Origin: Lingula anatina
Taxonomy: Eukaryota > Animalia > Brachiopoda
Reading direction: 5' to 3'
Assembly: GCA_051362555.1 (NCBI GenBank)
Contig: CM120644.1
Location: forward strand, 10,314,567-10,378,566
DNA length: 64,000 bases
The translations under genes were made by a program, and so were the position numbers. This document shows positions 39,328 through 52,249 of the stretch, piece by piece. Position 1 is the stretch's first letter, and each line of letters opens with the position of its first letter. Below the pieces are notes generated by a model. The model did not search any database. It had not been told where the DNA came from and saw nothing but the letters and a program-made list of their open reading frames with translations.

Positions 39328-40199
39328 TTAATTTCCAGGAGCACCAAGAAACAGGGGTGTTTTGCTGTCTTTCATTTCGAAATTAAAATCGCTACAGACA
39401 AATAAGGACTCATCCAAACTAATGATGTGATTTTGGTTGCGGTCAATGGCATTGAACAGCTCTTCAGGAGGCAATACGTTGCGTGTTATATGTAAAAAGT
39501 TGGAATACTCGTTAAAAGACAATTCTTCATCGCAGTCTACATCTAAAACATGGAACCAGTCTGAACACCAATGTAGCTGATACTCATTCACTGATGCATT
39601 TAGGAGGTTCATTTAAAATAACTTAACCAACATATCGAGGTTAATCGCTTGTTCTGTGTTGGCCGTTTTTTGCACCGAAAACTGCCAATCTTTCATCATT
39701 AGTCCGTATACAGCATTGGCCCTCCATGGGGAGACAACCTGTTGAGCTCGTTTCGCCACTTCGTCCACGTATTCCTCTTTGTAGACCAAACCGTCGTTAT
39801 TGGTGTCCATGATTCTAAACCACATTGTGGCTTTCTGTATCCAAAGATCAGATATATGCACTTCTCTAGAAACCTCTGATTAAATTGAAAATTGTTGGAA
39901 ATTTGCTTGTCGGTGAATTAACTGTTTCTAAAGTATATTAACATCAGATAATGTTAATACTGCTTTGAAAAAGTTATTATGGCATCATTATATTTCCACA
40001 AAGCAAGTGTTCGCTATATGATATTTTGTTACCTTTATAAGTATAACATTTTCCGAGATTTAATTCATTTAAGTGAATAATCAGATTGCGCATAATGTAT
40101 CTCTTGTTAAAAACTAACCTCAATATTATCCCGTCCGAACCTGTATCTATTTAAGGCGGTGAGTAACGCTGTGCCAGTTAATAGATTGAACACATACAT
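39328..40199 (-). pseudogene. SCP-like copy F with a single nonsense codon (exons 40119-40199 and 39328-39873)
   Basis: GAA>TAA at 39613-39615 splits one frame into the ORFs 39613-39861 and 39328-39612. The leader has also gained Arg residues (LTALNRYRFG). Confidence 0.85.
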
Positions 40200-42350
40200 G
40201 GTTAGCTGTTCGAAAATAAAATAAACTGGTTAAATGGCCATTGGATATGTAAATAAACTACGATAATGCAATCCAAAATATAACCTTTATGACTGATCGC
40301 TACATTCAGTGATGAGAGAGAGATTAATCGAAATTCCCTGATAAGAGAGTGAGATTAATAAAAAAATTATCATAAATACCATTACCTGTTTCACATAATA
40401 GAGTAAATGAAATGACATTTTCTAACATTTATTGGGCAAACAGGTGCTTTATTTTCATTATTAATGAAAAAACATGTTACACAAGAAGCGATGAAAGGAA
40501 TGCCAAGCAGATTTAAATTTCAACAATCCTTAGCTACATAGATATATGAAGGTAATTAAGTGTAGGTAAGTATAGATAATCAAAACCTTTCAGAATTTTT
40601 ACTTTGATCTCTAATTATAAATAGATCAGCTTCATTGCCATAAGTTCTGGCTTGAGATATTTTGTGATGTCCACTGTGACACAAGAAGGCCTGTCTTATT
40701 TTTAATTGTTATTTTTAAAGGGTTTATCTTTAAAGGTATTGACGACTTTAGAGCATAATATTCATAAAGAGCTTTTTGTTACCTTACCTGAAGTCTCTTT
40801 TTAAATCGGTGCCTCGATTCTCAGCTTCCCTCTACTATCCATGTCTAGTACTTGCAGCCTCTAATTCTCGAAAGCAACGTCTGGCGTCTTACGTTTTAGA
40901 CACGCTTTTTAAATCTTTATTTACTGGAGTTATGATGTGATGAAGGTAACCTTCATGTCAGACAAATTGCCCTAAGTTTCAGAGTCATAAACTGAAATGT
41001 TAAGGCATTCATATTCTTTTAGTGGCATGGGAAGGATAGCACGCGTCTTTCTTAGTATACAATGTAGTCCGATTTGGAATATGGGGGCTTCAGTTGATTT
41101 CCTTTTGTGCGAAAGCAGCCTATTCTTGTCCAGACAGGACACTTGCAGCCACAGAATACATGGACAGGCGCAGAAAACGAAAAGGCTGACACCAATTTGT
41201 GAATCTGTTTTCAAGAGACGAATTCTGCAAACAGACCTACATCTTGAAAAAGGGCAAAAAAATTCATTCTATGACTACCTCCAAAAATGGATAGGCTCAA
41301 AGATTTTAGAAGAAAAAAGATTCCCAACATCTGGCGAAAATGTGCATAATTGTATATGATATTCCTGTGGTAAAAAGGGTGCACATTTATTTAATTTCCA
41401 AGATACCCATAGAAATTGTTGGCTTTCATTTCCAAATAAAAATGCTGACAACCATATGAAAACTCTTCCAAACTGATAAGGTTATTTTCACCGCAGTCAA
41501 ATGCACTGAAAAATTCTCCCGATGGCAGTTTGTTCAGCAGCATATTCAGTGGTTTCTGTGGATGTTATTTGGATTAGTAATGATTAGTTACTAAAGGCAA
41601 ATTGACGGATAAGAGATTAGAGATGCAATTAAAGTCAAAGTTTTTCCTCAAAAGGCGTCTAAATACCACCATGCATATATAGTTTAAAAAGTATCACTTA
41701 TAAAAATAACCATTTTTTCATAACATCGGAAAATGATATTTAAATGGCTTTCTCTGCTTGTTTTCTGTGCTCTATATAAATGGGACAGATAAGGAGGTCA
41801 GAAAATTTGGTCAAATCACCGGTCAACATTTTAAAGAAAGGAACAGGTTAAATCTCTGTTATGGTTGGTGAAGTGATTTATTTAGCTTATCCCTTGACAT
41901 GTTGAATTTATAGGAGTCGTATAAGGCACTACTAGAAGGGGTTTAAATGGGAGCTCAACCACCGTTTAATTCAAATGTACATTTATATTCCCTTGTCGAA
42001 TAACGTTGACCAGTTGATTCATACATATAAACTTTCCCATGAACACACGAACGTACCCACATATACATTTTAAAGTACCTGGAATGACATATTTGGTGAA
42101 AAATATATTTTTGTTTCTTATTTGTAGTGATTTGATTTGCGTTTTGTTTAGACCCGGACTTTTGGGATGTAATTGCTATTATAAAAGAGACAAAAAGTAC
42201 TATACTTTCTTCTGAATCAAAATAAATATATATATGAAAATATCGCATGTATAATCAACTTCAAAAATTTCCCCACTTTATTTCATAGCATTCCGAATAA
42301 TGGTATCCATGAATGTGATAATTTCGACCCTCATTGGGTTTTATATTTAG

Positions 42351-43223
42351 TTAATTTCCAGGAAAACCATAAAACAGGACTGTCGTGTTGTCTTTCATTT
42401 CAAAATAATAATCGTTACAGCCAAATAAGAACTCTTCCAAACTTATGATGTGATTTTGGTTGCGGTCAATGTAATTGAACAGTTCTTCAGGAGGCAATAT
42501 ATTGCGTGTTATATGTAAAAGCTTGGAATACTCGTCAAGAGACATTTTTTCATCGCAGTCTACATCTAAAATATGGAACAAATCCGAACACCAATATATC
42601 TGAAGCTCATTCACTGATGCGGTTAGGAGGTTAATTTCATACAACTTAAGAAACCTATCGAGGTTAATTACTTGTTTTGTGTTGGACGTTTTGCCGTGCA
42701 ACGAAAACTGCCAATCTTTTGCCATTAGTCCGAACACAGCATTGGCCCTCCATGGGGAGAAAACCTGTTGAGCTCGTTTTGTCACTTCGTCCACGTATTC
42801 CTCTTTGTAGACGAAACCGTCATTGTTGATGTCTATAACTCTGAACCACAACGTGAATTTCTGAATCCAAAGATCAGATATTTGCTCGTCTTGAGGAACC
42901 TGTGGATATATTGAAAATTGATGGAAAATTGCAAGTCGATGGATTAACTGTTTCTAAAGGATGTTAGCAATATTAATAATTTAATACTGTTATAAATAGT
43001 TACTATGACAACATTATATTTTTCGCAAAGGACATGTTCCCTAAAATAGATTTAATTAACTTTAAAAGTATATTTTCCGTGTTTAAATACATTTAATTGA
43101 TTGATGAGATTGTGTATGATGTATAATGTATTGAAAGCTAACCTCAACAACATCCCGTCCGAAACTGTATCCATTAAAAGCGATGAGTAAAACAGTGCCA
43201 GTTAATAGATTGAACACATACAT
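42351..43223 (-). CDS. Secreted SCP-like EF-hand protein, copy G (exons 43143-43223 and 42351-42899)
   Basis: Leader MYVFNLLTGTVLLIAFNGYSFG-RDVVE. Main exon VPQDEQISDLWIQKFTLWFRVIDINNDGFVYKEE...FYGFPGN*; open frame. Confidence 0.9.
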
Positions 43224-43800
43224 GGTTAGCTGTTCAAAAATAAAACAAACAAGTTAAACAGACTTTGGATAAGTTAATAAGACAGAAAATGCACCTTTCA
43301 GACTGATCGCTACAGGGTACATGATCCCCTAATAACTTGGAATATAGCAAAACACGTATTCCCAGATAATAAAGTGAGGTTTAATAGATAAAAAATATCA
43401 TTATCCTAGGGTTACTACTTAAAATGGAATATTTTTATCATTGTTATTTTTGAGTACCGATTAATTTTTTTTGCTTGATTCATCAAAATGTATGTCCTTG
43501 AGTGATAAAAATATCCAGTCTTCTATTGTGAGATATTTTGGTCAATAATATCAAATCTGACATAAGATGTCACTCAAAAGAAAAGAACACCCTGTTCTAG
43601 AGAAAAAAACACTAAAAACTTTACCCTCTCACACTAAAAGCATGTTTGAAAGTCATCTCCTACTCAGTGACAGTTAAAGTGAAACACCTGTTTTACAGGA
43701 ACTTTTTTAATGCAATATCGGAATAAAATAGAACTATGATAGAACAAAGGAGGAACACTTGTGCTTTAATTTTTATTGCACCGGAGGATAAATCCAGAAT

Positions 43801-46570
43801 ATTGTTTGGTAGCAGAGCTAGGTTAAACTTTTTTTAAAGAACATTGTTTGGTAGCAGAGCTAAGTTGAAATGTTTTAAAGAACAACAGAAGTTTTAAAAG
43901 GCACTACAGCAGACAGACAGTCTAAATTGACCATGAGTTTGAAAACGAAAGAAGATGCTGGCCAGAACAGCTTTTGTTGCTGCAGCCAGTGAGTTTGAAA
44001 ACTGGATAGAAAATATGCCTAAAATGAAAGAAAAAGCTAGAATCAGGCAGAAATTTCAAGAACTAACATTGGTTTTTGAACAGTATGTAATAAGCTGTGA
44101 TGAACTACTTAACCAGCTGGACAGGTGGGGAGAAGTAGATAAAATTGCATGTACTACTGCTGAATTAGAAGCGACACAGGAGCGTAACAGAGATCTGGAA
44201 ACGATCATGAATGACCTCATGTTAACCAGATCAACCCCTAGTCATAAGCAGACGCCTAAGGTCAGTAAGAACTTTAGTAAAGAAGAATCAGCTATAAAAG
44301 AAGAAATTGATCGTCTGACAGTTAAATTAGAAGAAACTTTCCTGCAGTAAAGCAGGGGATAGAAGACATAGAGCATGAAATAAGCCCTATTAACCCTTTA
44401 CCACCCAGAACAATACCCATACAATTAAACAGAAAATAGAGGGAGTGGAGCATGAGATTAACCCTGTTGACCCTATGCCCACCAGAACAGAAAAACGTCA
44501 GAGTCAGATAAAAGAAAAAACTCAGATTGATTAAGTCATCAACCCTTTGCCAAGTGTAGAGCCAAAGGGAGCCCAAGCCCAAGCACAGCCAGTGCATGTT
44601 ATGCATGTAGCAGGCGCAGAAATTGAATAAGAGATGGAACAGAAGAAAAAGGTACCACAAAAGCAGTATCAGCCTGTGTCATCTAGGCCATTCAGACAGG
44701 ACATGTCTTCAGTGAGACCAGTCAGAAGTGAACTGAGAACTACAGCCCGATTTTCCTACCCAGACATATCCAGGACTCGAGCACAGTAGAGTCGGTCAGT
44801 ATTGACTCGTCAGACTTCTAGAAAAGGTACATATTCCAAAGTTTAATGGTGATAAGAAAACATACGAAGGCTGGAAAGCAGCATTCCTGTCACATGTGGA
44901 ATACACTACCTGCATTCCACAGTACAAACTCCTACGATTACACAACAGCCTTCAAGGTGAAGCGTTGAAAGTTGTCAAGAATCTTGGTTATTCAGCTACA
45001 TCCTATAACGTAGCAATGGACAGATTAGAAAGAAAGTATGGTGGAAAACGAAGACAAATCAACTTGAGATTGGAAGAATTGGACAGATTCAGACAAGTCA
45101 GAGACAACCACCCTAGAGACATAGAAATGTTAGCTGAGCTGGTGGACTCAATAGCAGTGAACAGAATGGAAGCTGAACAGAAGAGTGAGCTAGGAGCGGG
45201 CTTCCCCTACATCAATATCCAACGCAAGCTGATGAAGCATTACTGACCAAGTACTACCGATGGGTGTATGAAAAACGATGCGAAGAGAGTATGCTGAATT
45301 TATAAGAATTTATAAATCAGGAAGCAGAGTTCCAAATGACCGCATCTGAGACAATCAAAGGCCTCTCAACACTTGAGCAGAAAAGTACCGACAAAGAGAA
45401 GAGAGGGACAACTCTCTTACTGTCTGAAAGAGAATCGACCCCCAAAAGAGGAAAAAAAGGTGTTGAATTGTGTGCACTGTGGCGGTGTACATGGCCTATG
45501 GGCGTGTAATAGCTTCCGACAGCTGCCGAATTGAAGTCGTCAGGAGAGTATGAGGAAGTTAGTGTTACCACTCCCAATAGGAGAGAAAACAAGCTGAAGA
45601 CGTGGAATTCACGATTTGTTCCATTGATGGAAGGATAGAACGGCCAGCAGCAGCATGTACAGTAGACCAAGTGACAGTGAATTGGAACCAATACAAAGAC
45701 AGTGGCCTCATTTGCAGAACGGCCAAAAGTGTATCTACTGATAGAATTAGACCAAGTTGACCTAATGTTTTCAGAAGAAGACGTCAGAGTTAAGCCAGGG
45801 GAGCCAATTGCCCTCAAAACTCCACTAGGGTGGACCTGTATTGCAGCCGCACAGAAGAACACTAGCAGACTAAACACTGGTTTACCTTATATGTAAACCA
45901 ACCAAGTACAAGAACAAGAAGGTTAAGATCATCTCCTTCGATGCTATTGTGACACTGAAGAGGTTGGTATATCAGCACCACACGTGAAACCAGACGAGAA
46001 GGAAGCGTTAAGAATGGCACTCTTCAATCAAGGCCGAAGGTGACAGACTGTCATCAAAATGTTTCTCTAGATGGGCCAGACTAGTCCGAGTAACGCCTTG
46101 GGTCTTGAGATTTGCTGAAAATTGTCGACTACCAAAGACGCTTCAGCATAGAAATGCATTGGAACCTGATGAATTAACCACAGCAGAGACATTTCACATC
46201 AGAATCGCCCAGAAAGAAGAATCCCGGGATGAGATCGTGGCATTGAAGCAAAACAGAGAGATTAAGAGCAATTCAAAGATACTTTCTTTGCTCCCATTCT
46301 TTGATGAAGATGGGCTAGTTCGATCAAACGGACGTTTGAGGTGGTCAAGTAGTGTACCTTGGGTTATGCGACACCCAGTAATTCTTCCACGGAATCAGTG
46401 GACAACAAAACTCATTGTTAAGCACCATCATGCACAAGCTGTCCATGGTGGAACAAATTTCGTTCTAGCACAAATGTCCAAGAGATAATTGATAATCTCA
46501 GCCCGTGAAGTGATCCGACCCATTGAACAAGATTACATATTTTATAAGCGAAGAAAAGCAATAGTCAATT
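43801..46570 (+). mobile_element. Decayed, internally deleted BEL/Pao LTR retrotransposon
   Basis: tRNA-iMet-type PBS TGGTAGCAGAG (43807, duplicated at 43849). Gag-like IPKFNGDKKTYEGWKAAF...LQGEALKVV...LERKYG (DUF1759-like), PIALKTPLGWT, and LLPFFDEDGLVRSNGRL...HPVILP...HHHAQAVHGG preceding the integrase zinc finger. Many stops and frameshifts. Confidence 0.85.
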
Positions 46571-46697
46571 GGTTCCCAGGTTATTCCTTTATTTGATCTG
46601 GTTCAGGTTTTCGTCTGTGACTACCATTGGTGTTTTGGCACCAATGTGGTATCCACTCCAAATACTGACGCTGTTAATGACGTTAGTCACTTAAGAC

Positions 46698-48640
46698 CCG
46701 GTGTAACATGAAAATCTGACTCCCATGAAAATTTAACTCCCCCAGTCAGATTTTCATAATGAAAATCTGACCCCCCCCCCATGAAAATTTGACTCCCCCT
46801 CCACAAAACTTCATAAATATTATTTTATTTTGAGTATAATATGACTGTGATCTTGTAGTACGTAAAATGGAGGATACATTGGCACTTTTTTGTAGTTTGC
46901 AGGTGAAAATTTTCATGAAAAAATAAGAAAATTAAAAATGTGCACATAATGAAAATCTTTTTAGTAATTGAGGCTACACTTCAGCTTGTTCTGTAAATAA
47001 CTTTCTTTGTTACTTTTAGTCTTTATTTTTACACAGGTCGCGAGGATGGAAATTTATATTCGGAGCATCTTTAATCTTCAAAATTTTGGCCATATTCATC
47101 CATAATTTATAAATACTATCTGTGATAAGAATTTTGAGACAGGGTAAATTGTTGATCATGCTGATGCACAATGCTGATGCTTATGCATGTTAATCAAATT
47201 CAGTTTTTGACTACGGAACACTTCATATTGAATTAGATAACTGATACCAAATTAAACTAGCAGTTTGCTAGCAACACTTAAAATATGATCAGCTGCGTGT
47301 GTCAAGCTAGTGAACAAAAGACAGTTTGCTACGGGAGACGGTTTATTGTCACGCGGTAGCATGGGTTCTATCCGCTTAAAGCTATAATCCTACCGCCCCA
47401 ACAAAAAATAGTGGCTTTCTGGCTGATGTATCCTGCTGTTAATTACTCCTAGGTACAGTTGATTGTCGCGCTCGCGCTGGAGCACAGAAACCGGCGTCAT
47501 GGGGTTCACTCGTCTGAAGTAATGTGTTATTCCACCTAAGCTGTTGTGTTTGTGCGTTTGAATTTTGAAGGGATTAATACGGCTCTCCATTGTTTGCCCG
47601 CCCCCTTCTTTTCACAGGACAGGGATTAAAACATTTCAAACGTTGTTAAACCGGTGTACAACGGAAACATAATTGTTACTACCACTGTAGAAGAAAAAAG
47701 GGAGAAGGAAGAAGAAAGAAGAGGAGAACAGGAAGCAAAAGTGACGTACGCCGTGAGTACGTCACCGCAAACGTGTGTTGCCTGAAAGTACATCTCATGT
47801 GGCCCTTGCGACTCGCAAGGCATACTTTCCTCTACCTCTTCGACCTTCACGGCTTTCGCAACACCCAAAAATCGCAGAAGACGTACGATCCTGAAATTCG
47901 TGCGTCCGGTTGTGAACGAGGCTTTTCTTTAAACTATACAATGACTACGACTCAAATGTGTGACAGCTATCGTTATACAATGCATCATTGCTAAGCTGTG
48001 CAAAATATGTTTTCTCGAAACGGACGGCATTCATTAATAATTAAATATACATGTGTATAAAGTGTCATTGAACATATACTCATTTCTTTTTGTTTTACAC
48101 GTCATAAAACCTATATTCAAATGGAATCAACCCTAAAGGGATGTATTTCATGGTTCTCAATGGCTAGCTGTTTGCGATGTCTTACACTGTCAACATGGAT
48201 TTTCAAGCAATACAGCTTTATTTACAGCATGGCAGGTGTACCATGAAAGATCTGACTCCCCTAAAAAATGACTCCAAATAATGAAAATCAGACTCACCAT
48301 GATAATTTATGACCCCCCACTAAACTCAATAATTCTTATTTTATTTGAGTATAAGTATATCTTGTAGTATGCATAAATTGGCATTTTTTGTTAGTTTGCA
48401 GGCGAACATTTTCATGAAAACAAAATTAAAAATATGTATTTTACCATCCAGTTACTCCCCTATGAAAAATCTACTCATTTTATATTTGGTCATAATTTCA
48501 ACATCTTTTCTTTTGGTATACTTTATGAATAATATATTGGAAATATTTGAACGTTCGATGTTAAAATATTGGGTGGAAAAAATCAGGAAAAATATAATTT
48601 TCATTCGTAACTAGGGGGAGTCAAAATCCCAAGGGGCACA
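46698..48640. mobile_element. Non-autonomous element with reiterated ATGAAAATCTGACTCCC subterminal motifs
   Basis: Motif clusters at 46705-46800 and 48235-48320 form a diverged direct repeat; an inverted GGGGAGTCAAAAT lies at ~48614. Confidence 0.45.
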
Positions 48641-50939
48641 AGAATGCAAATGTATTACCTTTTTTAATGATCCCAACATTTCATTCACTTTATGGAAAAA
48701 AAATAATAATGTGAAAAAACAACAGCAAGTGTTTTATATTTAATTGTTGGGTTTGCTATAAATATGAAGAATTCAATAAAATATTTTTTTGTGATTTAAA
48801 TTGCATCATACACATCTAGGCTAATACTGCAAATTAAAGTTTCTGAAATGCCAACGTTACTAATTTATAGTACGTTTTAAAATTTTACATAGGGTAATCA
48901 TGCTTATTTAACCGTTCATCTTTATAGTTCTTCACTCCATATCACTCTTCATCATGTTCAAAACCATATTCAAATTGCATGTTATAAGAATAGGGCCTAA
49001 TATTTTAATTTTGCTCTTCAATGCGGAGTGTCAGTACTAAAACGTAGGGTTCTAAGACTTTCCGTACTGAAATAGAGTGTCTAGGGGGACTCTGGGACCC
49101 GTTATTTCGAGACAGGGAGTCCGCCACACTCTCAGTTTTAAAACACCGGGTCCGCCGGACCCTAGAATGGTACGACTCTGTGTTGCTTGACACCGGCATG
49201 AAATGCTCCCCAAACAGAGACGTTACCATCCCCTGCATGCACCCTAGCCAGTACACAATCATCATTTTATGCCTCTCGTCTACGTCGGCGGACACGGTGT
49301 TTTGGCTGCAAAAAAAATTTTCGATTAGCTGTCGAACCATATCTTTTCTAAGGTACCTGTCAAGTTTCAGAGCGACCCCTTTGTTGCTGTTCTAAATACA
49401 CTCCATCGATTGGCCAATACCATGCCTTTTATACAAGGGCAGAAATTGCCGACAAGACCACCCCTCACATTCCTGACCACAGAACATGCAACTGCATGCG
49501 TCAATTCTTTCGAGAGTTGTGTGATAATTAGGTGACACACCTGGCTACACATGGAATGACACCTCGGTTTAAGCATTAAAGTAGTTGAGAGAAAATTAAT
49601 TTTTTTGTAGAAAATTTACTCACAAAAAATGTTCCATATTAAGTAGTAGCCCTGTAATTACGTAAATGATGTTTTCTTACATTTATTGGGCGAATGTTTC
49701 ATTGTGCTTTTTGTTTATTGATAATCTGTTACACAAGAAGCCGTGAAAAGCAAGTGCCAAACAGAACTAGATTTCAACAATTCCTAATAACATAGATATT
49801 AAAAGGTAATCAAGTGTAGGTAAGTAAAGATAATTAGGACTTTTCAGAACTTTTACTTTGATCTCTACTGTAACTATAAATAGATCGGCTTCATCGCCAT
49901 AAGTTCTGGTTTGAGATATTTTGTGATGTCCACTGTGACGCAAGGAGGCCTGTCTTATTTTTTTTTTTTTTTGTTATTTTTACAAGGCTTGGTATCCTTA
50001 AAGGTAAATAAGGACTTAAGAGCAAAATATCCACATGGAGCTCTTCGTAACCTTACCTCAAGTCTCTTTCTTAAAGCAGTGGCTAGATCCTCGGCTTCCC
50101 GTTGTTAACAATGTCTAGTTCTTGCAGCCTATTGTTCTGGAAAACAACGTCTGGTGTCATACGTTTAAGACAAGCTTCTTTAGATAACTATTTACTGGAG
50201 CTATGATGTGGTGACCTTCATCTCAGACACATTGCAGAATCATAAACTGAAATTTAAAGAAATCCATATTCATTTAGTGTCCTTGAAATATATGCACGCG
50301 TCTTTTTCTGTATACCATGTAGTCTGATCTGGAATATGGGGGCTTCAGTTGATTTCCTTTTGTGCGAAAGCAACCGCAAATGATTTAAAGTTAACCATAT
50401 GTCTAGTATCGGAGACATGTGGGTAGGTTTTTCTCTCTGCACGGCTGCTTGGTTTACATTCTATGCGTGTTCAAAAAATTGCATCCTTGGCTAAAAAGGA
50501 GAAGAATATCGCTAAATACTTTATTTGTGACATTCTGAATATCATTACATATTTTTTATCTACATGTAATTAATTTCCGAGGAAACCATAGAAAAGGTCC
50601 GTCTTACTACATGTATCTTTAATGTCCACACAGGACACTTGCAATATTAATCACAGAATACGTGCTGGCCTCATACAAAAAAGTAACTGTCAGATCTAGA
50701 AGGAACGTTTAGCCTACTGCAATTTTACTTCAAAAAGTACATAGATTTGTATAGAGAGAAGCATATATATTTATATATTGTACAAAAATATAATCGCACG
50801 AAAGAATATGTTGATTTATTTTCATGTATGGAACTAGAGTATATAGCCAACATTAACAGCATATTTTCCTCAACAATTAGACATCACTTTGAGAGCATTA
50901 CGGGAAGTTTAAATGCATAGTCCAAGAGTTGGGGCATCA

Positions 50940-51450
50940 ACTACACCATGGGGGTCAACATCCTGAGTTCACAGACATTAATAACAAGTATTGGCACCAT
51001 TAGCTTTGCACAGAGCAGTACACCGGCAGCGCATGGGCATCATTAAGTTGTCAATAGTGGCCTGAGGGATATTATCCCATTCCTCCTAGAGTGCTAGTCT
51101 ACCCGCGATTGGTGAGCATTCTCGGGAGCTTGAACATGATGGCAAAAACGCTGATCCAGAACATCCCACAGGAGTTGGATGGGCGACATATCGGGTGTGG
51201 TAACACATGTTCGGCGGGCATGTGGGCGGTTCCTAGTGTCTCTGAAGTGTCTCTGAAGCGTGTTCTCAGACGACTGACAGTGGAATGATGCCCATTCAGG
51301 CATGCTGGCACATCTGCTTCCAACAAGCTAGCATTGAGCAAGCCGATGGCAAGCTCCCTCAGGATTTCAGACATCTGTGGCATGTTGACAAGTGACAGAA
51401 ATACACTTTTCGGTGTGCCGTTTTATTGCCTTGACTGTAAGGAGTGTCTG
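50940..51450 (-). mobile_element. Internally deleted Tc1 transposase remnant
   Basis: HTH N-terminus MPQMSEILRELAIGLL...HHSTVSRLRTRFR joined to PDMSPIQLLWDVLDQR and ALEEEWDNIPQATIDNL. Confidence 0.8.
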
Positions 51451-52249
51451 TGTATTGGTCACGCAGATTGACCTCCACTCCGTCACGCTTCATTAGTCTT
51501 ATGGGTGGACAAACTGAACCTTTAGATATACTCACGGGGAGAGCGGCCAAGTGAAACCAGACCACTATATTTGATCAATACAAATCCATCAATTCACAAA
51601 TAAACCATCAACCTGGGCATATTTCAATATTATCCATTTCAACTGACCATTTTAGTTTCGCGGGTTTATATTTATGTTCAATATATATATATATATACGA
51701 GATCAGTGCAATTGCTTGTTTTGCTGGAACGTCTCTAACTTTAATAGCAACCATGATATTTAAAAGCACCTTTTTACAACATTGACTTGCATTAAGTGTT
51801 AAAAATGCTCTTTTGGGGTGAAGGCTAGATAACGTAGCTAAAAACACACATGTCATTCTCTCCACACTACTATACAGACTTGACATTTAATATGGAATAT
51901 TTCAGTTTCGAAGGTATGCCTAGGTAAAAATGCTTTCTTTTTTCAAAAAACTCCGAATTCATATAAGATTTGTGAATGGAGAAGTGTGTAGTCAGGTGTT
52001 TCGCTACCAATGAATTGATTTCAATGTCTGTTGCGCTGATACATAATATAATAATCAGTGATTTAATTGGGTAGTGTTCCTTTAGGCTGGCCAAAGCTTG
52101 GCTTCGGCAAAGCTTGGTTCTGTCAAAAAAGTATCCATATGTCGGCAATTACTGCATAGAAGAATTTGAAATTGTGCATGCAAGCGGTCAGTTTTGCAAT
52201 GCGTAAATTGAGCTAAGTGGTGCTTTACAAATTTGTTAATCCGTTGCAG

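Larger units (their letters stand above)
43408..49654 (-). mobile_element. Tc1-like DNA transposon shell carrying nested insertions, in intron 1 of copy G
   Basis: TIR AGGGTTACTACTTAAAATGGAATATTTTT (43408-43436) matches the reverse complement of 49625-49653. Host intron homology to other copies stops and resumes at these points. Tc1-like coding remnants lie at ~46575-46700 and possibly ~49000-49450. Confidence 0.65.

Noticed and set aside
40972-50442. Recurring short ORFs LLSHKRKSTEAPIFQI (40972-41214, 50254-50442)
   Set aside because: These are translations of the duplicated upstream non-coding block; starts, stops and frames are not conserved among copies.
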